From an uncultured Opitutus sp. (GTDB taxonomy: Bacteria; Verrucomicrobiota; Verrucomicrobiia; Opitutales; Opitutaceae): a DNA stretch of 64,000 nucleotides. This document shows positions 29,938 to 39,595 of the stretch, piece after piece. A program made the position numbers and the translations under genes. The notes below the pieces were generated by a model. It saw nothing but the letters and a program-made list of their open reading frames with translations, did not search any database and was not told where the DNA came from. The stretch's first letter is position 1. Every line of letters starts with the position of its first letter. The DNA lies in NCBI GenBank assembly GCA_964406745.1, contig CAYOSX010000001.1:57-64056 (forward strand), in the 5' to 3' direction.

Positions 29938-30384
29938 ATGAAACTTCACGAACTCAAAAACGTCCCCGGTGCGGTGCACCGCAAGAAGCGCGTCGGTTGC
30001 GGCGAAGGCTCAGGCCACGGCAAGACCTCCGGTCGCGGCGGCAAAGGTCAGACCGCTCGCTCCGGTGGCAGCATCCGTCCCGGATTCGAAGGCGGCCAGA
30101 TGCCTCTTTATCGAAAGCTCCCTCATCGAGGCTTCAACCAGGCGGCATTCCGTGTGGAGCCGGTCGTGGTCAATGTGGGTGATCTTGCCCGTTTGTCGGA
30201 TACCGTTTCCGACGTCGACGCCAAGGTCCTCGCCGACGCCGGCCTGATCCGCAAGGATGAGAAGTTCGTCAAGGTTCTGGGCGACGGCGAGATCAGCCGT
30301 GCTCTCAAGGTGACGGCCAGCAAGTTTTCGGAGTCAGCCAAGGCCAAGATCGAAAAGGCCGGCGGTCAGGCCATTGTTGCCTGA
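29938..30384 (+). CDS. rplO: 50S ribosomal protein L15
   Basis: MKLHELK......K.RVG.G.GSG.GKTSGRG.KGQ.ARSG; follows rpsE directly, with no rpmD in the 68-nt gap. Confidence 0.96.
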   Translation: MKLHELKNVPGAVHRKKRVGCGEGSGHGKTSGRGGKGQTARSGGSIRPGFEGGQMPLYRKLPHRGFNQAAFRVEPVVVNVGDLARLSDTVSDVDAKVLADAGLIRKDEKFVKVLGDGEISRALKVTASKFSESAKAKIEKAGGQAIVA

Positions 30385-30487
30385 GGTCCAACTCCACGTA
30401 CCGATCAACCTGATCGGTGTGGCGGACGGTCCTGACCAAACCTAGCGTCCGTCGTTTGCTCTCCCACCATCGAAAAAATCACGACCC

Positions 30488-31993
30488 GTGCTCTCCGCTT
30501 TCACGAACTCGTTGAAGATCCCTGAGCTGAGGCAGCGTATTTTCTATACGCTGTCGCTCCTCTTTATTGCCCGCGTCGCCGCTATCATCCCGCTACCCGG
30601 GTTGGATCCGAAGCCGCTGCAGGCGTTCTTCGCCGATCAGACTGCCGCGGGAGGTGGTGCCCTCGTCGGTCTCTATAACATGTTCACGGGAGGCGCCCTC
30701 GTAAAGGGGGCGATTGGTGCGTTGGGCATCATGCCCTACATTAGCGCTTCAATTATTTTCCAGCTGATGACCGCGGTGGTCCCGTTCCTAAGCCGGCTCC
30801 AGCAGGAAGGCGACGTTGGACGTCAGAAGCTTACCCAGTACACGCGTTACGCGACGGTCCTGATTTGTTTGGTGCAAGGCACCCTGTTGATTCTTGCGTT
30901 GGAGAATCCGGATCGGTTGTTCCCTGGCTACGATGTCAATCTCTACGGCGATATCGTGATCGTCAGTAAAACGTGGTTCCTCATCACGTCGGTGATCATC
31001 ATGACCGCGGGCTGCATGCTCCTCATGTGGTTGGGCGAGCAAATAACACAGCGGGGTATCGGAAACGGCGTGTCCCTCCTGATTACCATTGGTATTCTCT
31101 CCGATCTTCCCGGAGCGGCGGCCGCCACCTATCAGCTCTTCTTTGCGCCCATCGGCGTCCAGTCCCTTGGTGTCCCGCAGGCGATCGTGATGCTTTTGCT
31201 CTTTGTCGTCGTGACCATGGGCATCATCATGGTGGTTCAGGGGCAGCGGAAGATCCCGGTGCAATACGCCAAGCGCGTGGTCGGCAACAAAGTGATGGGT
31301 GGCCAGAGCTCTTTTTTGCCGCTTAAGGTCAATTATTCCGGCGTCATGCCTGTGATCTTCGCGAGTGCGATTCTGCTTTTCCCTCAGCAGATCTTTGCCC
31401 AGATCGGCGCAGCGTTCGATCTTAAGTTTCTCGTGGAGTTCTCCAACAACCTGTTGCGCGGGCATTGGGTTTACTACGCCAGTATGGCGATCCTGATCCT
31501 TTTCTTCAGCTATTTCTGGGTGTCCGTGATGTTCAAGCCGATCCAGATTGCGGACGATCTGAAGAAGTACGGTGGTTACATTCCCGGCGTTCGCCCAGGT
31601 GAACCGACGGCGCAGTTCTTGGATTTTATCATGACTCGCCTGACGTTGGCGGGCGCGATCTTCCTCACGGTGATTGCGGTTATGCCGGATGTTTTGCTCT
31701 TTGAGCTCAACGTACCTCAGCGCATAGCGATCTTTTTCGGTGGCACGGGCATGCTCATCACCGTGGGTGTGATTCTCGATACCATGCGCCAGATTGAGAC
31801 CTTCCTTCTCCAACGGCACTATGACGGGTTCTTGAAGAAGGGTCGCATTCGAGCGCGCAGTACCACCCAGCAATCGGCAATTGGAGAGGCCGCCAGTTCC
31901 GACGCGGTACTCAAATTGACTGCGTTCATGGCTGGAATGCTTCTGCTTGGTCTTTCTATCTGGCTTTGGCGCTACTTTAGCGAGGCTGTCTAA
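30488..31993 (+). CDS. secY: Preprotein translocase subunit SecY
   Basis: 10-TM protein with SecY signatures (L..RI..TL..L...R.....P.PG, GIMPYISASII.QL). GTG start at 30488. Confidence 0.96.
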   Translation: MLSAFTNSLKIPELRQRIFYTLSLLFIARVAAIIPLPGLDPKPLQAFFADQTAAGGGALVGLYNMFTGGALVKGAIGALGIMPYISASIIFQLMTAVVPFLSRLQQEGDVGRQKLTQYTRYATVLICLVQGTLLILALENPDRLFPGYDVNLYGDIVIVSKTWFLITSVIIMTAGCMLLMWLGEQITQRGIGNGVSLLITIGILSDLPGAAAATYQLFFAPIGVQSLGVPQAIVMLLLFVVVTMGIIMVVQGQRKIPVQYAKRVVGNKVMGGQSSFLPLKVNYSGVMPVIFASAILLFPQQIFAQIGAAFDLKFLVEFSNNLLRGHWVYYASMAILILFFSYFWVSVMFKPIQIADDLKKYGGYIPGVRPGEPTAQFLDFIMTRLTLAGAIFLTVIAVMPDVLLFELNVPQRIAIFFGGTGMLITVGVILDTMRQIETFLLQRHYDGFLKKGRIRARSTTQQSAIGEAASSDAVLKLTAFMAGMLLLGLSIWLWRYFSEAV

Positions 31994-32009
31994 ATTGGGC
32001 TTTACTTCC

Positions 32010-32447
32010 GTGGAGGGGACAGCCACGTTCTCACTCTTTTCCCTCCGCGGCGATCCCGCGAAGGTAAAGCTAATAGTCCTCGGTTCCAAGCGCCCTGAAT
32101 GGCTTGGAACCCTCCGTTCTTTGAATATTGAGCACGTCTCTCCGACCCAACTGGTGAGGTCGGGGATTTCGCGTTCCGCCCAAGGCGGGTCTACCGCCTC
32201 CGAGCTATCTCAGCTTGCCGCCTTTCGGCGGTGGTTTTGGACGCGTAAACCTGATGCGGGTTTCGTTTTGATCGATTTCCCGGCTACGTTGCTCCAAGCC
32301 AAAGTGCTCGACGAATGGCTCGATGCTCGCGGTGAACACCTCACTGCATGTCTGCTTTCCGCAAAGGAGGACGACGCATCGCCCTTGGCCGAACACTATC
32401 GCACTCACGGACTCGATCTGATCGATCCGCCTGCAAATCGTAACTGA
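32010..32447 (+). CDS. Adenylate-kinase-like protein lacking the P-loop and LID (degenerate adk)
   Basis: Occupies the secY-adk-map position. KLIVLGSKRPEWLGT replaces (I/L)(I/L)LG.PG(A/S)GKGT. HVSPTQLVRSGI aligns with ISTGD(M/L)LR, and GFVLIDFPATLLQAKVLDEWL aligns with GF(L/I)LDGFPRT..QA..L. Only ~145 aa. Start is uncertain (GTG 32010 or TTG 31995; the ATG at 31947 lies inside secY). Its stop overlaps the map ATG. Confidence 0.6.
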   Translation: MEGTATFSLFSLRGDPAKVKLIVLGSKRPEWLGTLRSLNIEHVSPTQLVRSGISRSAQGGSTASELSQLAAFRRWFWTRKPDAGFVLIDFPATLLQAKVLDEWLDARGEHLTACLLSAKEDDASPLAEHYRTHGLDLIDPPANRN

Positions 32448-33259
32448 TGGCCGTCCCAATCAAGAATAAGGAAGGCGTCGCCCGGATGCGGGAAGTGTGT
32501 GCAATCGCCGCAACCGTGCTTTATCGACTCAAGGAGTTGGTGAAGCCCGGCGTGACGACCTCCGACTTGGACCAGGCCGGAAAGGACTTCATCGCTAACT
32601 TGGGCGCGGTCAGCGCTTGTTACGGCTATCGAAACGGCTCCCGTCGATTCCCCGCCCATACGTGTATCTCCGTCAACGAAGAGGTGGTGCACGGAATCGG
32701 ATCCCTTCGTCGAGTGCTGCGCGATGGTGACATTGTCTCCCTCGACGTCGTCGTCGAAGCGAACGGCTATGTCGGCGACAACGCAGTCACCGTTCCGGTG
32801 GGTGAAATCAACGCCGACAAAGCCAGCCTATTGCGGGTTACTGAAGAGTCACTCCGTCTTGGAATCGAGCAGGCCCAGGTCGGAAATCGCATCGGGGATA
32901 TTTCCAACACGATCCAGACCTACGTCGAATCGCACGGCTTTAGTGTGGTGCGCGACATGGTGGGACACGGGGTGGGGGTATCAATGCATGAAGAGCCGCA
33001 GATTCCCAATTTTGGAAAACGGGGCCGCGGTGAAATCATCAAACCTGGGATGACCTTGGCGATCGAGCCGATGGTCAACTTCGGAGGTTATCGGACGAAG
33101 ACGCTGCCTGATGGCTGGACGATCGTGACTGCCGATGGCTCGCCTGCCGCCCATTTTGAACATACCGTGCTCACTTCTGAAAAAGGACCGGAGGTCCTTA
33201 CACGTCCCCGAATGCCGGTGACCGTACATTCGATCGCGCACACCGCCGCGCTTTCCTGA
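32447..33259 (+). CDS. map: Type I methionine aminopeptidase
   Basis: ...H.C.S.NE...HGIP....L..GDIV..D........Y.GD...T..VG... HGVG...HE.P.I.N...; canonical MetAP. Confidence 0.96.
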   Translation: MAVPIKNKEGVARMREVCAIAATVLYRLKELVKPGVTTSDLDQAGKDFIANLGAVSACYGYRNGSRRFPAHTCISVNEEVVHGIGSLRRVLRDGDIVSLDVVVEANGYVGDNAVTVPVGEINADKASLLRVTEESLRLGIEQAQVGNRIGDISNTIQTYVESHGFSVVRDMVGHGVGVSMHEEPQIPNFGKRGRGEIIKPGMTLAIEPMVNFGGYRTKTLPDGWTIVTADGSPAAHFEHTVLTSEKGPEVLTRPRMPVTVHSIAHTAALS

Positions 33260-33302
33260 TTTTTACTCTCTAAACCAATCACAACTCTCAACTCGAACTC
33301 AC

Positions 33303-33680
33303 ATGCCACGTCTCCTTGGTGTTGAAATTCCCGCGAAGAAGAAAGTCTCCTTCTCTCTCCGTTATATCTACGGCATCGGGCCCGCCCGTGCCGATCAAAT
33401 CCTCAAGGAAGCGGGTCTGGACGGCGATCTGCGCGCCCAAGACCTTACTGAAGAGCAGCTCAATAAGATCCTCCAAGTGATCACCGAGCCCAAGTGGGTG
33501 GTCGAAGGCGACCTGCGCCGCGAGCTTACCGGCAATCTTAAGCGCTTGCAGGCGATCAATTGCTATCGAGGTGTTCGCCACCGCCGCAGCCTCCCGGTTC
33601 GCGGTCAGCGTACCAGCACAAATGCCCGCACCCGCAAAGGGCCGCGTCGCACCGTCGGCGTCACCAAAGCCAAAGAATAA
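33303..33680 (+). CDS. rpsM: 30S ribosomal protein S13
   Basis: [20 protein letters not shown]...A..I; canonical S13. It follows map with no infA or rpmJ between them. Confidence 0.98.
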   Translation: MPRLLGVEIPAKKKVSFSLRYIYGIGPARADQILKEAGLDGDLRAQDLTEEQLNKILQVITEPKWVVEGDLRRELTGNLKRLQAINCYRGVRHRRSLPVRGQRTSTNARTRKGPRRTVGVTKAKE

Positions 33681-33692
33681 CCTGTACCCGTC

Positions 33693-34268
33693 ATGGCCGA
33701 AGAAAAGTCCGCTCCCAAGAAAGAAAAGGCTCCGAAAGCCGCCGCTGCCGCCGAGTCGTCGACGAAAGCCGCTCCCACCACCGAGAATAAAGGCGCCCCT
33801 GCTCCCGCCGCTGAAAAGCCGGTTGAGCTTGTCGGAGGCGTGGCCAAGCAGCCCACGGCCGAAGATCTCCTCAAGGAGGAGATTGGCGCCATCAAGGTTC
33901 GCAAGGCAAAGGGCTCGAAGAACGTCACGTCCGGCGTCGCGAATATTCTCGCTTCGTTCAACAACACGATCGTTTCGATCACTGACCAGAAGGGGCAGGT
34001 CATTGCTTGGTCGAGCGCGGGCAAGTGCAACTTCCGTGGTTCCCGCAAGTCCACCGCCTATGCGGCTCAGGTTGTTGCCCAAGACGCAGCCCGCAACGCC
34101 ATGGCTCACGGCCTCAAAGACGTCGTTATTCGCGTGTCGGGTCCTGGACTTGGTCGTGACAGCGCCATCCGGGCCCTCCAGGCGATCGGCCTCGAGATCG
34201 TATCCATTGTCGATGTGACTCCGGTGCCGCATAACGGCTGCCGTCCGCCGAAACGTCGCCGCGTCTGA
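33693..34268 (+). CDS. rpsK: 30S ribosomal protein S11 with a ~60-aa K/A/P/E-rich N-terminal extension
   Basis: Core ...[26 protein letters not shown]...F.GSRKST.YAAQ... is canonical S11, preceded by [43 protein letters not shown]... Confidence 0.95.
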   Translation: MAEEKSAPKKEKAPKAAAAAESSTKAAPTTENKGAPAPAAEKPVELVGGVAKQPTAEDLLKEEIGAIKVRKAKGSKNVTSGVANILASFNNTIVSITDQKGQVIAWSSAGKCNFRGSRKSTAYAAQVVAQDAARNAMAHGLKDVVIRVSGPGLGRDSAIRALQAIGLEIVSIVDVTPVPHNGCRPPKRRRV

Positions 34269-34311
34269 GGCGCTGCATCCTCTCAACCCTTAATTTTCAA
34301 TATCTTTAGTC

Positions 34312-34923
34312 ATGGCTCGTTACATCGGACCCACCACCCGCATCAGTCGGCGCTTCAACCAGCCGATTTTTGGTGCAACCAAGGCATACGAGAAACGTCA
34401 GTATCCGCCCGGTCAACACGGCCCCAAGCTCCGCCGCAAGCTGTCGGAGTACGCCGTTGGCCTTAACGAAAAGCAGAAGCTTCGCTACACCTACGGTTTG
34501 CTCGAACGGCAGTTCCGCCGTTTGTTCGAAATCGCCAAGCGTGAGCGCGGCGTCACCGGCGAACGTTTCTTGCAGCTGCTCGAGACCCGGCTGGACAGCG
34601 TGGTCTATCTTCTTGGCTTCGCCAAGAGCCGCGCCGCCGCCCGCCAGCTGGTCAATCATGGCCATGTACGCGTAAACGGCCATAAGGTCGACATCGCTTC
34701 CTACAGCGTTCAGGCCGGTGACGAGGTGGAGATCAAGAACACGCCGACCTCCCGCCAGATCGCGACCCGTAATCTCGAGGAGAACCGGGGACGTAACGTT
34801 CCTGGCTGGCTCACCCTCACCGCCGAGCAGTTCAAGGGCGTCGTCACCCGCCTGCCCAATCGCGATGAAATGGAACCCGCCATCAACGAACAGTTGATCG
34901 TCGAGTTCTATTCACGCTTCTAA
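34312..34923 (+). CDS. rpsD: 30S ribosomal protein S4
   Basis: MARYIGP..R.SRR......; S4 domain ...RLD.VVY.LGFA.SR..ARQLV.HGH..VNG. Confidence 0.97.
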   Translation: MARYIGPTTRISRRFNQPIFGATKAYEKRQYPPGQHGPKLRRKLSEYAVGLNEKQKLRYTYGLLERQFRRLFEIAKRERGVTGERFLQLLETRLDSVVYLLGFAKSRAAARQLVNHGHVRVNGHKVDIASYSVQAGDEVEIKNTPTSRQIATRNLEENRGRNVPGWLTLTAEQFKGVVTRLPNRDEMEPAINEQLIVEFYSRF

Positions 34924-35014
34924 CCACGTTGTGCGCGCTGGTTTGAGTGAGATGTTGAAGTCCACCCTTCCATTTCACTTAAACATAAACCTTTGATTCA
35001 AATTCTCATCCGTC

Positions 35015-36016
35015 ATGCCCAAACGCCTCGGTAAGTTCGAACTCCCCAACAAGCTCACGAAGGTCGAGGAAGGCTCCACCTCCACCTACGGCAAGTTCAT
35101 CGCCGAGCCTTTCGAGGCCGGCTACGGTCACACCATCGGCAACTCGCTCCGCCGCGTTCTTCTCAGTTCGATTGAGGGCGCGGCCATCTCCTCGATCAAG
35201 ATCGAGAGCGTGAACCACGAATTCCAAAGCATCGATGGCGTCGTTGAAGATGTCACCGACATCGTTCTCAACCTGAAGAAGATCCTGATCGTATCGACCA
35301 AGCGCGAGCCGGTCACGCTCTCGATCAAGGTTAGCCGTGCGGGTGCCGTCACCGCCGCTGACATTCAGGCCGACGCGAACATCACGATCGTCAATCCCGA
35401 CCAGGTCATCTGCACCCTCGACAAGGCCCGCACGTTCGAGGCCGAAATCGAGATTAAGACCGGACGCGGGTACTGCCCCGGTGAACTCAACAAGAAGGAA
35501 GATCAGGCGATTGGCGTTATTCCGATCGACTCGCTTTTCTCGCCGGTAAGGCTCGTCAAGTACGCCGTTGAGGCCACGCGTGTCGGTCAGATCACCGATT
35601 ACGACAAGCTCATCCTTGAGATCTGGACGGACGGTCGCATTACGCCGGACGACTCGCTCAAGCAGGCGTCTTCGATTCTCAAGCATCACCTCGATGTCTT
35701 CGATCGCGTCAGCGACGAGGCCTACGAATTCGAAAGCCAGCAAAGTGAGGTCAGCGAGGAGCAAAACAAGCTCCGTAAGCTGCTCAACATGTCGGTTAAC
35801 GAAATCGAACTCTCCGTCCGTGCCGCCAACTGTCTGAATAATGCCAATATCACCACCGTGGGTGAGCTGGCCATGAAGACGGAGCAGGAGATGCTCAAGT
35901 ACCGCAACTTCGGCAAAAAATCGCTCAACGAGATCAAGGACAAGCTGGAGGCTCTGGGTCTCTCGCTTGGCATGAAGTTCGACGAGCGCCTTTTGGACGC
36001 CAAAAAGGAGCTTTGA
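35015..36016 (+). CDS. rpoA: DNA-directed RNA polymerase subunit alpha
   Basis: ...G.F..EP.E.GYGHT.GNSLRRVLLSS..GAAI...KI..V.HEF..I.GV.EDV..I.LNLK...; C-terminal domain ...ELSVRAANCL....I.TVGEL. Confidence 0.98.
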   Translation: MPKRLGKFELPNKLTKVEEGSTSTYGKFIAEPFEAGYGHTIGNSLRRVLLSSIEGAAISSIKIESVNHEFQSIDGVVEDVTDIVLNLKKILIVSTKREPVTLSIKVSRAGAVTAADIQADANITIVNPDQVICTLDKARTFEAEIEIKTGRGYCPGELNKKEDQAIGVIPIDSLFSPVRLVKYAVEATRVGQITDYDKLILEIWTDGRITPDDSLKQASSILKHHLDVFDRVSDEAYEFESQQSEVSEEQNKLRKLLNMSVNEIELSVRAANCLNNANITTVGELAMKTEQEMLKYRNFGKKSLNEIKDKLEALGLSLGMKFDERLLDAKKEL

Positions 36017-36219
36017 TTTGGAGCCCGGCATTCCCGGGTTTCCGTAACCAATCCTCAATGGATTGCCTGTCCCTCGGGCGCTCGGTTGGCTCTGCTCTAT
36101 CGGGCGCTCCGTTGGGTCGTTGATCAGATACATTGTTTCTCGCGCCGCCGGCTCGCTCAACGCTGCGATGCCGGTTGCCGATCGGGAAACTCGCTAAAAA
36201 AACCCAATACACTACCACA

Positions 36220-36741
36220 ATGCGTCACAATAAACACCGCGCCTCCCTCGGCGTCACCCGCGAGCATCGCGAAGCGATGCTGTCCAACCTTGCCGTTGGC
36301 CTCATCACGCATGGTCGCATCAAGACCACGTTGACCAAGGCGAAGGCCCTGCGCCCCTTTATCGAGCGGGTCGTCACCAAGGCCAAGAAGGCCTCCGCCA
36401 AGACTGACAAGAAGGATTCCTCGCATCTCCGCCGCCTCGCTCTGCGCGACGTGCGCAATCCGGCGGCGATCGATCTGCTCTTTGACGAGAAGGTCAAGGA
36501 GTTCGCCAACCGTCCGGGTGGTTACACCCGCATCTACAAGCTTGGCGCCCAGCGTCAGGGTGATGCCGCCGAGATGGCATTGATCGAGTTCGTCAAGTCT
36601 GACGATCCGGGCTACAAGAAGTCGCGCAAGAAGGGCGCAGCCAAGGCCCGCAAGAGCCCCAAGAAGGCAACGGCTCCTGCTGAAGCCGCTCCCGCTCCCG
36701 CTGGCGAGGCCCCCCCGGCCGAGGGCGACAAGCAGGCCTGA
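36220..36741 (+). CDS. rplQ: 50S ribosomal protein L17 with a K/A/P-rich C-terminal tail
   Basis: MRHNKHRASLGVTREHREAML.NL...LI.HGRI.TT..KAK.LRP; ATG at 36220 within the ORF that starts at 36133. ~50-aa basic tail. Confidence 0.96.
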   Translation: MRHNKHRASLGVTREHREAMLSNLAVGLITHGRIKTTLTKAKALRPFIERVVTKAKKASAKTDKKDSSHLRRLALRDVRNPAAIDLLFDEKVKEFANRPGGYTRIYKLGAQRQGDAAEMALIEFVKSDDPGYKKSRKKGAAKARKSPKKATAPAEAAPAPAGEAPPAEGDKQA

Positions 36742-36769
36742 TCGGCCGAGCTGAGTTTGTTTCTTTCAC

Positions 36770-36804
36770 GGCGCACCGGCACAGTCCGGTGCGCCTTTTT
36801 TTTT
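36770..36804 (+). terminator. Rho-independent terminator ending the ribosomal-protein/rpoA operon
   Basis: Stem ggcgcaccgg/ccggtgcgcc (10 bp), loop cacagt, then T9 (36796-36804), 28 nt after the rplQ stop. Confidence 0.85.
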
Positions 36805-36853
36805 GCGGTTCCCGTGCGTTGCGTTTCGTGGCGTCTCCTGCACGTTTCGTGGC

Positions 36854-37081
36854 GTGTTCGATCTCACTACGGGCGCCTTTGTATTCTCGCTGATTATTGC
36901 GGCGGTTTTTCTGGGATTGTGGATCTACTACGACCGACGGGATCACGCGCGCTTTGAGGTGGAACGACGGAACACCTCGTTTCACTGCATCCGCTGTGAC
37001 CACGTCTACGCTCATCCCGGGCACACGGACGTGGGCGTTTGTCCTCGCTGTGGACACGAGAATGGCCGCTTGCGATTCTGA
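36854..37081 (+). CDS. Small membrane-anchored zinc-ribbon protein (hypothetical)
   Basis: One TM helix (GAFVFSLIIAAVFLGLWIYY) followed by CIRC...x18...CPRC. GTG at 36854 preferred because the ORF-track ATG at 36803 lies inside the rplQ terminator T-tract. Confidence 0.5.
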   Translation: MFDLTTGAFVFSLIIAAVFLGLWIYYDRRDHARFEVERRNTSFHCIRCDHVYAHPGHTDVGVCPRCGHENGRLRF

Positions 37082-37160
37082 CGGAGCATTGCCGGAGAGA
37101 TCCGTGCAGTTTCCCGTTCTCCTCGCTTGATTCCGGGCGGCGCGCCCGCTCTCTTTTCCT

Positions 37161-38699
37161 ATGGCTCAGACCATTGCCGTTCTTGACTTCGGTTCCCAGT
37201 ATACGCAGGTCATCGCGCGTCGTATCCGCGAGTGCCAGGTTTACTCGAAGATCTATCACTATTCGACACCCGCTTCTCAATTGAAGGAGGAGGGTGTGAT
37301 CGGAGTCATCCTGTCAGGGGGGCCGAGCAGCGTATTCTCGAAGCAGGCCCCGATTCCCGATCGAGCGCTCTTTGATCTCGGCGTTCCGGTTCTCGGCATA
37401 TGTTACGGCATCCAGCTGATGGGGCATTTGCTCGGCGGGCGGGTATCGAAGAGCGACCACCGCGAATATGGCCACGGACTGCTAAAGATCACCAAACCAG
37501 GCCGACTGTTCGCGAAGGTGCCGCGCCGGCTCAAGGTCTGGAATTCCCACGGGGACAGGCTCATCAAGATGCCCCCTGGGTTCGCTGCGATCGGCACGAC
37601 GGACAATTCGGAATATGCCGTCATCGAGGACCGCAAACGGAACTTCTACGGTATCCAGTTTCATCCGGAGGTCTTTCATACCGAACGGGGCGTTGACGTC
37701 ATTCGCAATTTTCTGGTCGGCGTCTGCGGCGCGAAGCAGGACTGGACCACGCGGGATTACATCAAGCACGCCATCGAGGGGATTCGCGACCAGGTCGGCA
37801 AGTCCCGGGTCATTCTCGGGCTCTCCGGCGGGGTGGATTCATCGGTAGCGGCTGCGCTGATACATCGAGCCATCGGCCGTCAGCTGACCTGTGTCTTCGT
37901 CGACAACGGCCTGCTGCGAAAGGGCGAGCGCGAGGCAGTCGAGTCCCTCTATGCGCGCCACTTCAAGATCGACCTGCGGGTCGTCGATGCCTCGAGGCTT
38001 TTCCTGCGCCGCCTCAAGGGCGTCGAGGACCCGGAGAAGAAGCGCAAGATCATCGGCAACACATTTGTCGAGGTGTTTGAGAAGTCCCTGAAGTCGATCG
38101 GACATGCGGACTTTCTTGCCCAGGGAACCTTGTACCCGGACGTCATCGAAAGCATTGCCATCGGCAACAATCCGGCCGCGCTCATCAAGAGCCATCACAA
38201 TGTCGGGGGTCTGCCTGAGCGGATGAAGCTCAAGTTGCTCGAGCCCCTGCGCGAACTCTTCAAGGACGAGGTCCGGGCGGTCGGCACCGCCCTCGGCCTG
38301 CCCAAGGAGGTTGTCTGGCGCCAGCCCTTCCCGGGCCCGGGCTTGGGCGTGCGTGTCTTGGGGGAAATCTCGGCCGAGAAGCTCGAGATCCTGCGCAACG
38401 CCGACTACATCCTGCAGCATGAGATGATGAAGTCGGGTCTTTACTGGAAGGTCTGGCAGTCGTTCTGCGTCTTCCTTCCGGTAAAATCGGTCGGAGTGAT
38501 CGGCGACGAGCGCAATTACGCCTACGTCATTGCGCTTCGCATCGTCGAGAGCATCGACGCGATGACCGCCGACTGGTCACGGGTCCCGTACGATCTGCTG
38601 CAACGCATCTCCAGTCGTATCACCAACGAAACCCGAGGCGTCTCCCGCGTGGTGCTCGACATCAGTTCCAAGCCTCCGGCCACGATCGAGTGGGAATAA
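37161..38699 (+). CDS. guaA: Glutamine-hydrolysing GMP synthase
   Basis: GATase domain (GICYG.Q), ATP-PPase SGGVDSSV motif and C-terminal dimerisation domain ending ...KPPATIEWE. Confidence 0.98.
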   Translation: MAQTIAVLDFGSQYTQVIARRIRECQVYSKIYHYSTPASQLKEEGVIGVILSGGPSSVFSKQAPIPDRALFDLGVPVLGICYGIQLMGHLLGGRVSKSDHREYGHGLLKITKPGRLFAKVPRRLKVWNSHGDRLIKMPPGFAAIGTTDNSEYAVIEDRKRNFYGIQFHPEVFHTERGVDVIRNFLVGVCGAKQDWTTRDYIKHAIEGIRDQVGKSRVILGLSGGVDSSVAAALIHRAIGRQLTCVFVDNGLLRKGEREAVESLYARHFKIDLRVVDASRLFLRRLKGVEDPEKKRKIIGNTFVEVFEKSLKSIGHADFLAQGTLYPDVIESIAIGNNPAALIKSHHNVGGLPERMKLKLLEPLRELFKDEVRAVGTALGLPKEVVWRQPFPGPGLGVRVLGEISAEKLEILRNADYILQHEMMKSGLYWKVWQSFCVFLPVKSVGVIGDERNYAYVIALRIVESIDAMTADWSRVPYDLLQRISSRITNETRGVSRVVLDISSKPPATIEWE

Positions 38700-38746
38700 G
38701 AATGGCTCTTTGGGGCAAACCCGCGGTCTGAGGTCAGGACAACGGC

Positions 38747-39514
38747 ATGGCATCATGGATGAAAGTTCTTCGAGGCGTCCTGCTCGCCGGCACGATGGCG
38801 GGGGCGCCGCTTGTCGCGGCTGAGCTGTCCGAGGTGCTGGCGACGGCCCGTGCCTATCTGGGCAGTGAAGCTGCCTTGAGCGACCTTAGGTCCGTCCGCT
38901 TCACTGGTACGTTGGAGACGATGGAGGCTACGCCTGAAGGTCCCCGCCCGGTGAAAGCCGGGCTGGAGATCTATTTTGAGAAGCCGTTCCGGCAGCGCAT
39001 TGAGCTCACGATGGGCGATCGCGTGGAGGTCACTGCGCTGGACGAGTACGAAGGGTGGCAGCGTGTGCACGCCATCGATGAATCCCAAGGATGGCGCCTG
39101 ACGTTGCTTGGCAAGGAGCAGATCCGTCGCCTCCGGGCGAACACGTGGGAGAATCTTTCCTTTTATCACGGACTGGACCGGGCCGGTGGGGAGGTGAAGG
39201 ATCTAGGAACGGTGGAGCTGGAGGGCCAGCGGGTGCGGAAGGTCGCGTTCATACACGGCCCCGCCATCGTGTTTTTTCGGTATTTCGATGAGTCGACCGG
39301 ACGGCTTGTGCTGACTGAAACTGAGAAGCAAGGGATCATCCGTGAAGAAGGCGAAGTGCTGGCGGGCGGAATTCGCTTTCCGGCCAAGATAATCACCACG
39401 AACAAGTTGCCAGATGGAACTACTCGCGAGGTCGTGGTTTCATTCGAACGCATTGAGGTCAATCAGGACCTTCCTGACGAACTCTTCACCGTGCCTCCCG
39501 TGCAGTCGCGTTGA
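38747..39514 (+). CDS. Exported LolA-like / outer-membrane lipoprotein-sorting-like protein (hypothetical)
   Basis: Signal peptide. The beta-rich body has the layout seen in LolA-like DUF proteins (A...Y.G......L.S.R..G....). No catalytic motifs. Confidence 0.5.
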   Translation: MASWMKVLRGVLLAGTMAGAPLVAAELSEVLATARAYLGSEAALSDLRSVRFTGTLETMEATPEGPRPVKAGLEIYFEKPFRQRIELTMGDRVEVTALDEYEGWQRVHAIDESQGWRLTLLGKEQIRRLRANTWENLSFYHGLDRAGGEVKDLGTVELEGQRVRKVAFIHGPAIVFFRYFDESTGRLVLTETEKQGIIREEGEVLAGGIRFPAKIITTNKLPDGTTREVVVSFERIEVNQDLPDELFTVPPVQSR

Positions 39515-39595
39515 GTCTGGGTGGCGTGCTGAAGCGTATTTCCGTCTCGCTCCGCTTGTGACCGGCGGGTAACACCTCTTTGAATACCGTTTGCC

